From Alphaproteobacteria bacterium GM202ARS2 (GTDB lineage: Bacteria; Pseudomonadota; Alphaproteobacteria; GM7ARS4), in assembly GCA_014323835.1 (NCBI GenBank), contig JACONH010000002.1, forward strand, positions 59,239-123,238: a DNA stretch of 64,000 nucleotides, given 5' to 3'. A model generated the notes under the pieces. That model was not told the origin of the DNA, did not search any database, and saw only the letters and a program-made list of their open reading frames with translations. Below are positions 1 through 9,429 of this stretch, piece by piece (the first letter of the stretch is position 1; each line of letters begins with the position of its first letter). The position numbers and the translations under genes were made by a program.

Positions 1-113
<113 letters not shown>

Positions 114-123
114 CTAGGGTGTG

Positions 124-693
124 TTAAGATGACGTAAGAGCAAGAGGGGCTACGTCAGCCTCGTGCTTTCTTTTTTGCAAAGCCTGTTCCTCGTAGTCGA
201 GGGCAAAGATACCAGCGCGGCACACATCGATGTCACGTTGCCCGCTGCCTTGGTTCCGTAAGCTTTTGATAAAAGAGTCTATGCGTTCAGGCTCGTCCGT
301 CATTGTGAAAATCATGACGTCTCCTTTTTTGTCCGCCAGCTGGGCACCAAAAGAAGAGGCATGGTCGCATAGTTCCTTTTGTTTGTCGAGAGGACAAATA
401 ACTTTTGCCAACACCGAATCTCGAGCAATAAACGGCATATGGTGCACTAAGTCAACGACATGGTGGACGGGCACCAGTCGCCCCAACAGAGCCATAATTT
501 GGTCGATGATGGTCTGTGCGCCTTTTGTCGTAATCGTAATCCTCGAGAGATGGCGTTTGCCGTCCACTTCGCTGACAGTCAGGCTTTCGATGTTGTAGCC
601 GCGCCCCGAGAACAAGCCGATGACTCGTGCCAGCACACCGGGCTCATTGTCCACGAGAATCGTAAGGATATGGATTTTTTCGTTGTCATACAT
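124..693 (-). CDS. ilvH: acetolactate synthase small (regulatory) subunit
   Basis: The N-terminal ACT domain HILTILVDNEPGVLARVIGLFSGRGYNIESLTV is characteristic of IlvH/IlvN. It lies 5 bp downstream of the large subunit. Confidence 0.9.
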   Translation of the reverse strand: MYDNEKIHILTILVDNEPGVLARVIGLFSGRGYNIESLTVSEVDGKRHLSRITITTKGAQTIIDQIMALLGRLVPVHHVVDLVHHMPFIARDSVLAKVICPLDKQKELCDHASSFGAQLADKKGDVMIFTMTDEPERIDSFIKSLRNQGSGQRDIDVCRAGIFALDYEEQALQKRKHEADVAPLALTSS

Positions 694-698
694 GTGAC

Positions 699-2528
699 TT
701 AAACGAGAACCATCCCTTCCTCGCTGGTGCTGTTTGCGGTGTCGCTGTCTTCGTTGCCCAACAGAATTTCGTTGTGGGCTGCCCCTGAGGGGATCATCGG
801 GAAACAGTTTTCTAAGGGGTCGACTCGAATATCGGCAATGACGGGTCCTGCCGTCTTAAGCATGGTATCGATGACGGACTCGAGCTCTTGCGGTTTTTCT
901 GCCCGCAAGCCACAAGCACCGAAGGCTTCCGCCAGAGCAACAAAGTCAGGCAAGGATGCACTATAGGATTCCGACAAGCGATTTTCATAGATGAGTTCCT
1001 GCCACTGCCGCACCATGCCCATATATTGATTGTTGAGGATAAACACCTTGACGGGTAGGCGATACTGCATGGCTGTGGATAGTTCTTGAATGTTCATCAG
1101 AATCGATGCTTCGCCGGCAATATCGATGACGGTGGCTTTGGGATGAGCGATTTGCGTGCCGATGGCGGCGGGCAAACCATAGCCCATGGTGCCAAGCCCG
1201 CCTGAGGTCATCCAGCGATTGGGCTTTTTGAACGTCATGAATTGGGCTGCCCACATCTGGTGTTGCCCGACTTCTGTGGTGATAAAGACATTATCTCGCC
1301 CTTTTGTGCGGGCATCGAGCTGCTGGAGGGCATACTGCGGCTTAATGGTGCTGGTGCTGTTTTTATAGTGCAAACACTTTTTGGCGCGCCAAGCGTCAAT
1401 CTGCTGCCACCACGCCTTGATGTCGGGCTTGGCGATGCGCTTCTCCTGCCACACCTGATTGAGAGCCCGCAACGCCTCGCCCGCATCGGCAACAATGGCA
1501 AGATCAACAAGCACACTCTTGTTGATGGAGGACGGGTCAATATCAATATGAATCTTGGTCGAGTGAGGCGAAAAATCCTTAATCCGCCCGGTAATCCTAT
1601 CGTCAAAGCGCGCGCCTATCGCCACCATAACATCGCACTGGTGCATCGCCATATTCGCCTCAAGAGTGCCGTGCATGCCGAGCATACCAAGGGACTGCTT
1701 ATGATTTGTCGGAAAAGCACCCAACGCCATGAGGGTTTGCGTCACGGGAAACCCGCACTTTGTCGCCAGTTTTTGCAGCTGTGCGGCACTGTCGCCGCCG
1801 GCGTTAATCACGCCGCCGCCTACGTATAAAATAGGCTTCTTTGCCTGTGCCAGAATATCAATCGCCTGATGAATCTTTTTGCTTTCAGGACGAGTCGTGG
1901 GGCGATAACGAAAACGCACCGCACCCGTATCCCGCCGCAGAGGCGTATACGCTGCCGTATGAATTTGCACGTCCTTAGGAATGTCCACCAACACGGGCCC
2001 CGGGCGACCGTGTGTGGCAACATGAAAGGCTTCCCGTAAGGTGTCGGCTAACTGGCGGACATCCTTGACGAGATAGTTATGCTTGGTACACGGACGAGTA
2101 ATCCCCACAGTGTCGGCTTCTTGGAAGGCATCGTTGCCTATCATGTGCGTGGGGACTTGTCCGCTGATGCACACCAGCGGAATCGAATCCATAAAGGCAT
2201 CGGCAAGACCCGTGACCGTGTTGGTGGCACCGGGCCCCGAGGTGACCAGCACGCAGCCGACTTTTCCGCACGAGCGAGCATAGCCTTCGGCAGCATGCAC
2301 CGCCCCCTGCTCGTGACGCACGAGAATATGACGCATGGTTTTGCTCGGACGCTGAAAAAACTCGTCATAAAGAGGCAAAACCGCCCCGCCAGGATAGCCA
2401 AAAATAACCTCAATGTTCTGTTCAGCCAAAACCTCGAGAACAATCTGAGCCCCGCTGAGGGTGCGCGCACCTGTCGCACCAGAAGAGGCACTGCGAGAAC
2501 GATTGCGAGAACGATGAGTTATTGCCAT
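699..2528 (-). CDS. ilvB: acetolactate synthase large (catalytic) subunit, ThDP-dependent
   Basis: 609 aa. It has the IFGYPGGAVLPLYD N-terminal ThDP-enzyme motif and the GLGTMGYGLPAAIG ThDP-binding motif, and is followed by ilvH. Confidence 0.95.
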   Translation of the reverse strand: MAITHRSRNRSRSASSGATGARTLSGAQIVLEVLAEQNIEVIFGYPGGAVLPLYDEFFQRPSKTMRHILVRHEQGAVHAAEGYARSCGKVGCVLVTSGPGATNTVTGLADAFMDSIPLVCISGQVPTHMIGNDAFQEADTVGITRPCTKHNYLVKDVRQLADTLREAFHVATHGRPGPVLVDIPKDVQIHTAAYTPLRRDTGAVRFRYRPTTRPESKKIHQAIDILAQAKKPILYVGGGVINAGGDSAAQLQKLATKCGFPVTQTLMALGAFPTNHKQSLGMLGMHGTLEANMAMHQCDVMVAIGARFDDRITGRIKDFSPHSTKIHIDIDPSSINKSVLVDLAIVADAGEALRALNQVWQEKRIAKPDIKAWWQQIDAWRAKKCLHYKNSTSTIKPQYALQQLDARTKGRDNVFITTEVGQHQMWAAQFMTFKKPNRWMTSGGLGTMGYGLPAAIGTQIAHPKATVIDIAGEASILMNIQELSTAMQYRLPVKVFILNNQYMGMVRQWQELIYENRLSESYSASLPDFVALAEAFGACGLRAEKPQELESVIDTMLKTAGPVIADIRVDPLENCFPMIPSGAAHNEILLGNEDSDTANSTSEEGMVLV

Positions 2529-2567
2529 TGTATATGCTCGTGAGGGGTTGGAGGTGGGGGGGTGCGG

Positions 2568-3704
2568 TTACTGTAGCAAATTTTGCCGATAAATGCTTAC
2601 ACTTTTTTGTTGTCCGCACCTGTTCATGTGCCTTATTGCGTTGGGTAACCATAAGGCAATTTGGGCGAGATTGGCATAGTCGGGCACACAGCGTAGCACG
2701 ATATGGGCGCGAGGGCCCTGGGTTTTCTGCCACGTATATTGCCGTTTGGCATAGTGACGGGTGTCCCGCTGGATTGTTTTCAAGGCATCGGGTAGTCCAC
2801 ATTCGCCTTTGATAACCGCAAGAAGAGACTGCACGCCGATGGCTTTCATGGCGGGCACGTTGGGCGAGATGTTCCTACGATGAAGTCCCTCGACTTCTTG
2901 CAAGGCACCCCGCGCTAGCATCCGCGTGACTCGTTGGTCGCAGCGTCTGTAAATTTGCGAGCGCGGCGGTTCCATCGCCACAACAAGCATCGATGAGGGG
3001 GTGTTGAGATGACGGGGGCGAGGAGGGCGAGGAGGGCGAGGAGGGCGAGGGGCGCGGGCGAGCCACCACGAAAGCGGTTTACCGCTAGAGAGAAAGACTT
3101 CCCACGCCCGCGCAAGTCTTTGGCGGTCTTTCGGGTGAATGGCTTCAGCACTATAGGGGTCAACGGCTTTTAGGGTTTCGTGCAGGGACGAGGCGGGCAT
3201 GCGTGTCGCTAAAGCACGGACGTTGTCGCGCACTTCAGGGGCAATCGCGGGTAAGGGCGTCAAGCCTTCCAGTAACGAGCGGATATACAAGCCTGTGCCG
3301 CCAACAATAATGGGTATTTTCTTGTTTTTGTGGGCATGGCGTATTTCCTTGTGTGCGAGCCTTTGCCAGAGGTCTGCCGAGCACGGTGTGGCGGCATCCA
3401 TACAGCCATAGAGTCGGTGAGGGGCGCGCAGGCGTTCTTTCTGGGGGGCATCGCTCAAGGCGGGAATGTCTCGATACAGCTGCATGGCATCGGCGTTGAT
3501 GATGACGCCGTCCACCATTTGAGCCAGCAAAAGAGCCAGCATCGACTTGCCACTGGCAGTAGGCCCAACAATGATGATGCCTGAGCCAAAAAAACGACAG
3601 GGATAACCCCGAAGCCGCGCCCGTCCGCGACAGGCAGGATAAACAGACGGCAGAAAAGGGGATAACGGCAGGGAGGGCAGAGGGGGCAGGGAGGGCAGGG
3701 GCAA
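2568..3704 (-). CDS. miaA: tRNA dimethylallyltransferase; the start is uncertain
   Basis: It has the P-loop GPTASGKS and MiaA-like downstream sequence (IPIIVGGTGLY). The track start at 3704 is a TTG. No ATG/GTG/TTG lies in frame between it and the P-loop, so the gene carries either a ~40-aa Pro/Leu-rich extension or a non-canonical start. Confidence 0.8.
   Translation of the reverse strand: MPLPSLPPLPSLPLSPFLPSVYPACRGRARLRGYPCRFFGSGIIIVGPTASGKSMLALLLAQMVDGVIINADAMQLYRDIPALSDAPQKERLRAPHRLYGCMDAATPCSADLWQRLAHKEIRHAHKNKKIPIIVGGTGLYIRSLLEGLTPLPAIAPEVRDNVRALATRMPASSLHETLKAVDPYSAEAIHPKDRQRLARAWEVFLSSGKPLSWWLARAPRPPRPPRPPRPRHLNTPSSMLVVAMEPPRSQIYRRCDQRVTRMLARGALQEVEGLHRRNISPNVPAMKAIGVQSLLAVIKGECGLPDALKTIQRDTRHYAKRQYTWQKTQGPRAHIVLRCVPDYANLAQIALWLPNAIRHMNRCGQQKSVSIYRQNLLQ
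3016..3051. repeat. in-frame 9-bp tandem repeat (GGGCGAGGA, about 4 copies) inside miaA, encoding (PRP)n
   Basis: Read directly: gggcgagga gggcgagga gggcgagga gggcgagg. On the coding strand this gives PRPPRPPRPPRPR. Confidence 0.9.
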
Positions 3705-3708
3705 CCGC

Positions 3709-5202
3709 TCAATTGAGCTTCAAGGCAAGGTAGCGGTTGTTGCTACCGAAGCGGACAAGAAACAGGATGACTTTTTTATCTTGTTTGATGATGCGGTCGA
3801 TGTGCTTTTCGATATCTTTCGGTCCCCGCACCGTGTTTTGTCCGACTCCGACAATAACGTTGCCAAGATTCAAGCCCGCCTTCGCAGCGGGGCTTTGTCG
3901 TTTGATGTTGACAATGACAGCGCCATTGACGTCAGCGGCGATACGATACCTTTGCCGTAACTCTTGTGACAGAGGGGCAACCTCGATACCAACCGAATCG
4001 AGGACAATGTTTTCGTCATCATCTCGGTTGCTTTGGGGCAGCCGTCTTTTGCGTAAGTTGGCTTTTTCGTGTTTCTCGAGGTTGCCGACTTCGACGGTGA
4101 TGGCTTTTCTTGCGGCATCGCGCCAGATAATGACGTCCACTTCCGTATTGACTTTTGTTTCGGCGACGACTCGTTGCAGTTTTCTGGGCCCATCGATGGC
4201 TTGTTCGTTGAACTCGAGGATGATATCGCCAGCACGTATGCCTGCTCTTTCGGCAGGTTGTCCTTTTTCGACTTCGCTGATGAGGGTGCCGGTCACGTCA
4301 CCGAGTCGTAGGCTTTCGGCAATTTCTGGTGTGACGGATTGTATGCGCACGCCGAGCCAGCCCCTTTCGATATGCCCGAGTCTTTTCAGCTGGTCGACGA
4401 CGTTTTGTGCCAGTTTTGAGGGAACAGCAAAGCCGATGCCGACGCTGCCGCCGCTGGGATGAGGGCTATAAATGGCGGTATTGATGCCGACAACTTCGCC
4501 ATCGAGATTAAACAGGGGCCCCCCCGAGTTGCCGCTGTTAATGGGGGCGTCCGTCTGCAGAAAGTCATCGTAAGGGCCGGCGTTGATGTCGCGGGCGCGG
4601 GCTGAAATAATCCCTGCGGTTACTGTGCCGCCCAAGCCAAAGGGGTTGCCGATAGCCAGAACCCAATCGCCGACTCGGGTCTTGTCGGAGTCGCCGAAGG
4701 AGACGGCAGGCCACTTCTCGTCCGAGTCAATCTTAAGCAGAGCAATGTCGGTTTTTTCGTCTCTGCCGACCACTTCTGCTTCGAATTCGCTGTTGTCCTG
4801 CATGATGACTTTGATTTCTGTTGCGTTGGCAATGACGTGGTGATTGGTGACCACGTAGCCTTCGGGGTCGATGATGAAGCCTGAGCCCAGAGAATGAGCT
4901 TTAGGCTTGGGTGTTTCGCCGCCGAAGTTTCTGTTGAATTCTCGGAAGAAATCTTCGAAGGGCGAGCCCGGCGGCAGATTGAACATGAAAGGCGGAAAAC
5001 GCTCAGGCCCTCGGCGTGGCTCTTGCGTTGTTGAAATGTTGACCACAGAAGGCAACAGCTTCTCGGATAAGTCGGCAAAGCCCTCCTCGATGGACACACG
5101 TGCCTGTGCCACAGAGACAGAAGCAAAAAAACCTAAAGCCACCACGACAGTGGTGAGAAGAGCCCCTATCGTTCTCATGTGTGTTGGTGTATTTTTTATC
5201 AT
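3709..5202 (-). CDS. degP: periplasmic serine endoprotease, DegP/HtrA family (trypsin domain plus two PDZ-like regions)
   Basis: It has a signal peptide (ALGFFASVSVAQA), a catalytic-region GNSGGPLFN motif and HVVTNHHV. It lies downstream of hflKC, as is common in alphaproteobacteria. Confidence 0.9.
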   Translation of the reverse strand: MIKNTPTHMRTIGALLTTVVVALGFFASVSVAQARVSIEEGFADLSEKLLPSVVNISTTQEPRRGPERFPPFMFNLPPGSPFEDFFREFNRNFGGETPKPKAHSLGSGFIIDPEGYVVTNHHVIANATEIKVIMQDNSEFEAEVVGRDEKTDIALLKIDSDEKWPAVSFGDSDKTRVGDWVLAIGNPFGLGGTVTAGIISARARDINAGPYDDFLQTDAPINSGNSGGPLFNLDGEVVGINTAIYSPHPSGGSVGIGFAVPSKLAQNVVDQLKRLGHIERGWLGVRIQSVTPEIAESLRLGDVTGTLISEVEKGQPAERAGIRAGDIILEFNEQAIDGPRKLQRVVAETKVNTEVDVIIWRDAARKAITVEVGNLEKHEKANLRKRRLPQSNRDDDENIVLDSVGIEVAPLSQELRQRYRIAADVNGAVIVNIKRQSPAAKAGLNLGNVIVGVGQNTVRGPKDIEKHIDRIIKQDKKVILFLVRFGSNNRYLALKLN

Positions 5203-6080
5203 TTTCTTTGTCCTCTTGAGGGTTGTTTGATAGCAAAGTGCTTAAAGAACTGGCTGTCTGGCGACAAGACCATGGTTGTGGAGTCGCCTTGCAGAGCGCG
5301 TTCGTAGGCTTGCATGCTTCTGTAGAAGCTGAAGAACTCGGTGTCTTTGTTGAAGGCTTGCACGTAGAGTCGTATAGCGGTGCCGTCGCCGATGCCTCGT
5401 AGTTTTTCGGCATCTCGGCGTGCTTCGGCAAGAATGACGGTGCGTTCGCGCTCAGCCTTCGAGCGTATGCGTTGTGCGGCTTCTTCGCCTTGTGCTCGGA
5501 ATTCTTTGGCTTCTCGTAGCCGTTCACTTTTCATCCGCTCGAAGATGGCTTGGCTGTTGGCGGCGGGCAAATCAGCGCGGCGGATACGCACATCGATGAT
5601 ATCGATGCCAAAAGCACGCACTTCGCTGGCGACTCGTTCTTGAATCGATGCCATCGCAGACGCACGCTGCGAAGAAAGAAGATCCTCCATGTTTAAGCCA
5701 CCGACAACGTTACGCAAAGCAGACGAGACCGTCGAACTCAGACGCCGACGCACGTTGCCTTCGTCACGGACGGTGCGGCGGAACTCAAGGGGATCCGTGA
5801 TGCGATAACGCATATACGTATCGAGCACGAGACGCTTTTTGTCTTTGGCAATGACCTCCTCGTCAGGATGGTCATAGCCGATGACGCGCTTTTCGTAGTA
5901 GGCAACGTTTTGAATGAAAGGCAGCTTTTTATGTAAGCCAGCATCGTAGATAACCTCTTTCGGTTCGCCGAACTGCAGAATGATGGCTTGCTCGGATTCT
6001 TGCACGGTGAAGAAAATGTTCAACGCGGTGAAACCGGCCGCGCCAAACAGGATAAGAAGAAAAACAAGAAAACGGTTCAT
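5199..6080 (-). CDS. hflC: protease modulator HflC (SPFH/band-7 domain)
   Basis: It has an N-terminal membrane anchor and an SPFH-domain sequence. It overlaps hflK by 4 bp. Confidence 0.9.
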   Translation of the reverse strand: MNRFLVFLLILFGAAGFTALNIFFTVQESEQAIILQFGEPKEVIYDAGLHKKLPFIQNVAYYEKRVIGYDHPDEEVIAKDKKRLVLDTYMRYRITDPLEFRRTVRDEGNVRRRLSSTVSSALRNVVGGLNMEDLLSSQRASAMASIQERVASEVRAFGIDIIDVRIRRADLPAANSQAIFERMKSERLREAKEFRAQGEEAAQRIRSKAERERTVILAEARRDAEKLRGIGDGTAIRLYVQAFNKDTEFFSFYRSMQAYERALQGDSTTMVLSPDSQFFKHFAIKQPSRGQRK

Positions 6081-7189
6081 GGCTCCTCCTTACGTAGCGA
6101 GCGTTCTAAAGCATTGAGGGGCAAATAGGGCAGAACGCCATTTTTTTCATCGTCAATAATGACTTTATTGACGGTGGAAAAAACATTTTCGAGAGTCTCG
6201 AGATAAATACGCTCGCGGGTAACGGTTTTGCCCAGCTGGTATGAGTCGAGAACCGACAAGAAGCGTGCGCTGTCGCCTTCTGCTCGGGCGATGACTTCAT
6301 TTTTGTAGGCTTCGGCTTCCTGCATGATTTTCTCGGCAAGCCCGCGTGCTTTCGGGATGATGTCGTTGCGATACGCTTCAGCGACGTTACGTAGACGTTC
6401 TTGGTCGGCTTTCGCCCGTTGGACGTCTCGGTAGGCTTCGATGACCTGTTCGGGCGGGTCCACCTTCTTGAGTTGCACTTGGGTGATTTCAACGCCAGAT
6501 TGATAGTTGTCGAGCAGATTCTGTGCCAGCTCAAGAGTCTGACTTTCGACCACGTCACGTCCTTCAGTGAGGATGAACTCGATATCATTTTGGCCGATGA
6601 CTTCACGCATGCTACTTTCTGCTGCGGCTTTGATGGTCTGATCAGGGTCACGTATCTTAAAGAGATAATAGCGGGCATCCTTGATTCGCCAGAAAACAGT
6701 GAAGTTGATATCGACAATGTTTTCGTCTCCTGTCAGCATCAGGCTTTCCTCGGGGACTTGTCGGCTGGGTCGATTTTTGGTGTCTTCGCCGCGGTAGCCA
6801 ATTTCGAGACGGCTAATTTTGGTGACTTTTGGTTTGTAGACGTTTTCGATGGGGATAGGAAAGTGGACGTGCAAGCCGGGATAGGTTGTGCGGACGTATT
6901 TGCCGAATCGGACGACAATGCCTTGTTCGTCGGTATCGATGTAATAGATTCCGCTTGCTAGCCACAGAAAGAGCGCGCCGAAGATAATCAAAGCGTAAGG
7001 GGGTCGTCCCTGCGAGGAAGCGAACCACTTGTCGAAGAGGTCGAAGGGGGAGCCGCCGCCGCCCCCGCCGCCATTATGGGCGCGCCCTTTGCTCTGGCGA
7101 GAGCCATTGCGCCCATTACGCCCGGGGCGTTCTTGTCTGGGTTCGTTGTTTCGATGATCCTGAGGGTCGCCCCACGGGTTATCTGTCAT
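6077..7189 (-). CDS. hflK: protease modulator HflK (SPFH/band-7 domain)
   Basis: It has a Gly-rich N-terminus (GGGGGGGSPFDLF), a TM segment and an SPFH domain. It is translationally coupled to hflC. Confidence 0.9.
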   Translation of the reverse strand: MTDNPWGDPQDHRNNEPRQERPGRNGRNGSRQSKGRAHNGGGGGGGSPFDLFDKWFASSQGRPPYALIIFGALFLWLASGIYYIDTDEQGIVVRFGKYVRTTYPGLHVHFPIPIENVYKPKVTKISRLEIGYRGEDTKNRPSRQVPEESLMLTGDENIVDINFTVFWRIKDARYYLFKIRDPDQTIKAAAESSMREVIGQNDIEFILTEGRDVVESQTLELAQNLLDNYQSGVEITQVQLKKVDPPEQVIEAYRDVQRAKADQERLRNVAEAYRNDIIPKARGLAEKIMQEAEAYKNEVIARAEGDSARFLSVLDSYQLGKTVTRERIYLETLENVFSTVNKVIIDDEKNGVLPYLPLNALERSLRKEEP

Positions 7190-7273
7190 GGTATCATTCG
7201 GTTGAGGACTCGTTGCACAGATTCTCGCATGGGCTTAAGATAGGGCAGTGCTACCGAGAAGGCAAGTTTTGTT

Positions 7274-8377
7274 ATGACACAAAAAAATAAAAAAGCGCAA
7301 AAACTCCAGCAAGACATCGAAAGGCAACTGGCAACCATGAAGGGGACGGACGGACACCCTCTGTTGACCGACAGAGACGAAGGGCGCGTCGACGTCTCGT
7401 GGTCGCCAAACCGCCCGCGAGTCATTATCGATATCGGCACACACGCACCCGTAGCCTATCAGCCCCTTGTGGCTCAACTGAAAAAAGAAGGAATCGATGT
7501 GGTGTTGACCTCAGCACGCCCGCCACCCCAACAAGTGCCACAACCGAAAGGGTCGCCCCCGCCCGAGCGTCCCAAACAAACCTTTGATAAGATTAAGTTA
7601 CCGAATGTGCGCTATCGTCTGGCGGTCACGTGTGCCAAGGGGGGTGTGGGCAAGTCCACAACCGCGGTGAATGTGGCTCTTGCCTTTGCTGCTCGTGGCT
7701 TGAAGGTGGCTTTATTGGATGCGGATATTTATGGGCCGTCTTTGCCTTTGATGATGGGGCTTTCTGGTTCGTTACGCAAAAGCCCGCGCGGTAAAATCGA
7801 ACCGATGTATCGCTATGGCGTTGCCTGTATGTCTATTGGCTTGATGTTGCCACAGCGTGAGGACGCGCTCATTTGGCGGGGCCCCATGGTGATGGGCGCG
7901 CTACAGCAGATGCTCCGTGATGTGGATTGGGGCGAGCGCGATATTCTGGTCATCGATATGCCGCCGGGCACAGGGGACGCACAACTCACACTAGCACAAC
8001 GCTTGGATGTAAGCGGCGCCGTCATCGTCTCGACACCGCAGGATGTTGCCCTCTTGGATGCCCGTAAGGGCTTTTACATGCTCAAGCGCACGGGTATTGC
8101 GGTTCTGGGCATGGTCAATAACATGAGCCTATTCGTCTGTCCCCATTGTGGCAAAGAAACAGAAATTTTCGGGAGCGATGGCACACACCAGCAAGCAAAA
8201 GAACTGGGCATTGCCGTGCTGGCAGATATGCCGTTAAGCCTTACCCTTCGGCAGTCTGGCGATAGTGGCACGCCGCTTGTGGTGTCGCATCCCGACAGCA
8301 GTGAGGCACAGACCTATAGCCGTATGGCAGATAAACTGCTTACAGCGCTGGAGGCACAGGAGAAGCAGAAAGCCTGA
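7274..8377 (+). CDS. apbC: Mrp/ApbC/NBP35-family iron-sulfur cluster carrier ATPase
   Basis: It has the deviant Walker A CAKGGVGKSTTAVNVA and the CPHCG cluster-ligand motif. Confidence 0.9.
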   Translation: MTQKNKKAQKLQQDIERQLATMKGTDGHPLLTDRDEGRVDVSWSPNRPRVIIDIGTHAPVAYQPLVAQLKKEGIDVVLTSARPPPQQVPQPKGSPPPERPKQTFDKIKLPNVRYRLAVTCAKGGVGKSTTAVNVALAFAARGLKVALLDADIYGPSLPLMMGLSGSLRKSPRGKIEPMYRYGVACMSIGLMLPQREDALIWRGPMVMGALQQMLRDVDWGERDILVIDMPPGTGDAQLTLAQRLDVSGAVIVSTPQDVALLDARKGFYMLKRTGIAVLGMVNNMSLFVCPHCGKETEIFGSDGTHQQAKELGIAVLADMPLSLTLRQSGDSGTPLVVSHPDSSEAQTYSRMADKLLTALEAQEKQKA

Positions 8378-8380
8378 GCT

Positions 8381-8833
8381 TTAAGAGCCTTTTTTCAGCA
8401 AACTGGTGAGCATCCAGTGGGTTTTTTCGTGGAAGTCGGCGCGCCGTGTGGCAAGATCAGCAGAGACAATATCGCCTTCTTTTTCGGCTTGCTTGAAGAC
8501 GAGGGAACAGGATTCGTGGGCGATATGGTGATGGTCGTCCGCCAGCTGGCGAATCATCGTGGTTGCATCGGGATTTTTTTCGGGCAGACGTAGCGCGCTC
8601 TGTGCTTTCAGCGTGTCGTAAGAGACAGGGACGTAATGCCCCATGGCACGTAGACGCTCGGCAATTTCATCGTTGGCATCGATGAGGGCGCGGTAGTGTT
8701 TCTCGAACAAAGCATGGAGCGTATCAAAGTGCTCCCCCTCAACATTCCAGTGAAACGTAAGACTCTTGAGATACAACGTCATGCTGTCCGCAAGCAAAGC
8801 CCGCAAAGCATCAGGTAAGGTGGGTGTATTCAT
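8381..8833 (-). CDS. dps: Dps-family DNA starvation/stationary-phase protection protein (ferritin-like)
   Basis: LYLKSLTFHWNVEGEHFDTLHALFEKHY is the Dps ferroxidase-region signature. I placed the start at the internal ATG (MNTPTLPD...) at 8833. The track ORF extends to 8950, but that extension has no family support. Confidence 0.85.
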   Translation of the reverse strand: MNTPTLPDALRALLADSMTLYLKSLTFHWNVEGEHFDTLHALFEKHYRALIDANDEIAERLRAMGHYVPVSYDTLKAQSALRLPEKNPDATTMIRQLADDHHHIAHESCSLVFKQAEKEGDIVSADLATRRADFHEKTHWMLTSLLKKGS

Positions 8834-8870
8834 GGCAACGGGACCTCGCAGGTTTTTTCTCCAGTAAGAC

Positions 8871-8899
8871 TTGCTTTTTCCCCCATTTGCCATTATAAT
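8871..8899 (+). promoter_or_regulatory. candidate sigma70-type promoter for fdxA-carD (TTGCTT-17 nt-TATAAT)
   Basis: TTGCTT at 8871-8876, an exact 17-nt spacer, and TATAAT at 8894-8899, about 180 nt upstream of the fdxA ATG. This is a pattern match only. Confidence 0.3.
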
Positions 8900-8985
8900 A
8901 TTAACAATACGGGGCACGCAGAACATAAGCGCGGGGCAGAAAAAAATCAAGGGCTCTTAACAGATTTAGGTGGGCTGTTACGTTA

Positions 8986-9081
8986 AAGGATGGGGGGGCA
9001 ATAGGGGGGAGGCAACGAAGAGAGGCAACGAAGAGAGACAATGAGGGAGGCAATGAAGACGATGAGGGAGACGAGAAAAAT
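8986..9081 (+). repeat. purine-rich repeat leader upstream of fdxA (GAGGCAACGAAGA x2 plus degenerate copies)
   Basis: Read directly: ggatgggggggcaataggggggaggcaacgaagagaggcaacgaagagagacaatgagggaggcaatgaagacgatgagggagacgag. It has very few pyrimidines and several SD-like GGAGG/GAGGG motifs. Confidence 0.7.
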
Positions 9082-9417
9082 ATGACGTATGTTGTAACGG
9101 ATGCATGTGTGCGGTGTAAGTATATGGACTGCGTTGAGGTTTGTCCTGTGGATTGCTTTTATGAGGGCGAGAACATGCTTGTGATTCATCCTGACGAGTG
9201 CATTGATTGTGGCGTTTGCGAACCCGAGTGTCCGGTGGATGCGATTAAGCCGGATAATGAGGCGGGCGCGGAAGAGTGGATTGATATGAATCGCACTTAT
9301 GCGGAAAAGTGGCCCAACATTACCCGTATCGGCGATGTGCCTGCCGATGCCGACAAGTGGCGCGACGTCAAAGGCAAATTCGAAAAAGAATTTAGCCCCA
9401 AACCAGCAAAAAGGTAA
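9082..9417 (+). CDS. fdxA: 7Fe ferredoxin (3Fe-4S plus 4Fe-4S)
   Basis: [29 protein letters not shown]...[12 protein letters not shown] is the canonical FdxA cysteine pattern. Confidence 0.92.
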   Translation: MTYVVTDACVRCKYMDCVEVCPVDCFYEGENMLVIHPDECIDCGVCEPECPVDAIKPDNEAGAEEWIDMNRTYAEKWPNITRIGDVPADADKWRDVKGKFEKEFSPKPAKR

Positions 9418-9429
9418 CAAGGAGGGACA

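Noticed and set aside
8834-8950. The track gives dps a 39-aa N-terminal extension.
   Set aside because: The extension ([24 protein letters not shown]...) is not Dps-like. The internal Met gives a normal-length Dps. The extended region also holds a good plus-strand TTGCTT-17-TATAAT promoter match.
8983-9420. The track lists a 145-aa minus-strand ORF covering fdxA.
   Set aside because: It is antisense to a textbook 7Fe ferredoxin and to the purine-rich leader. The product is low complexity.
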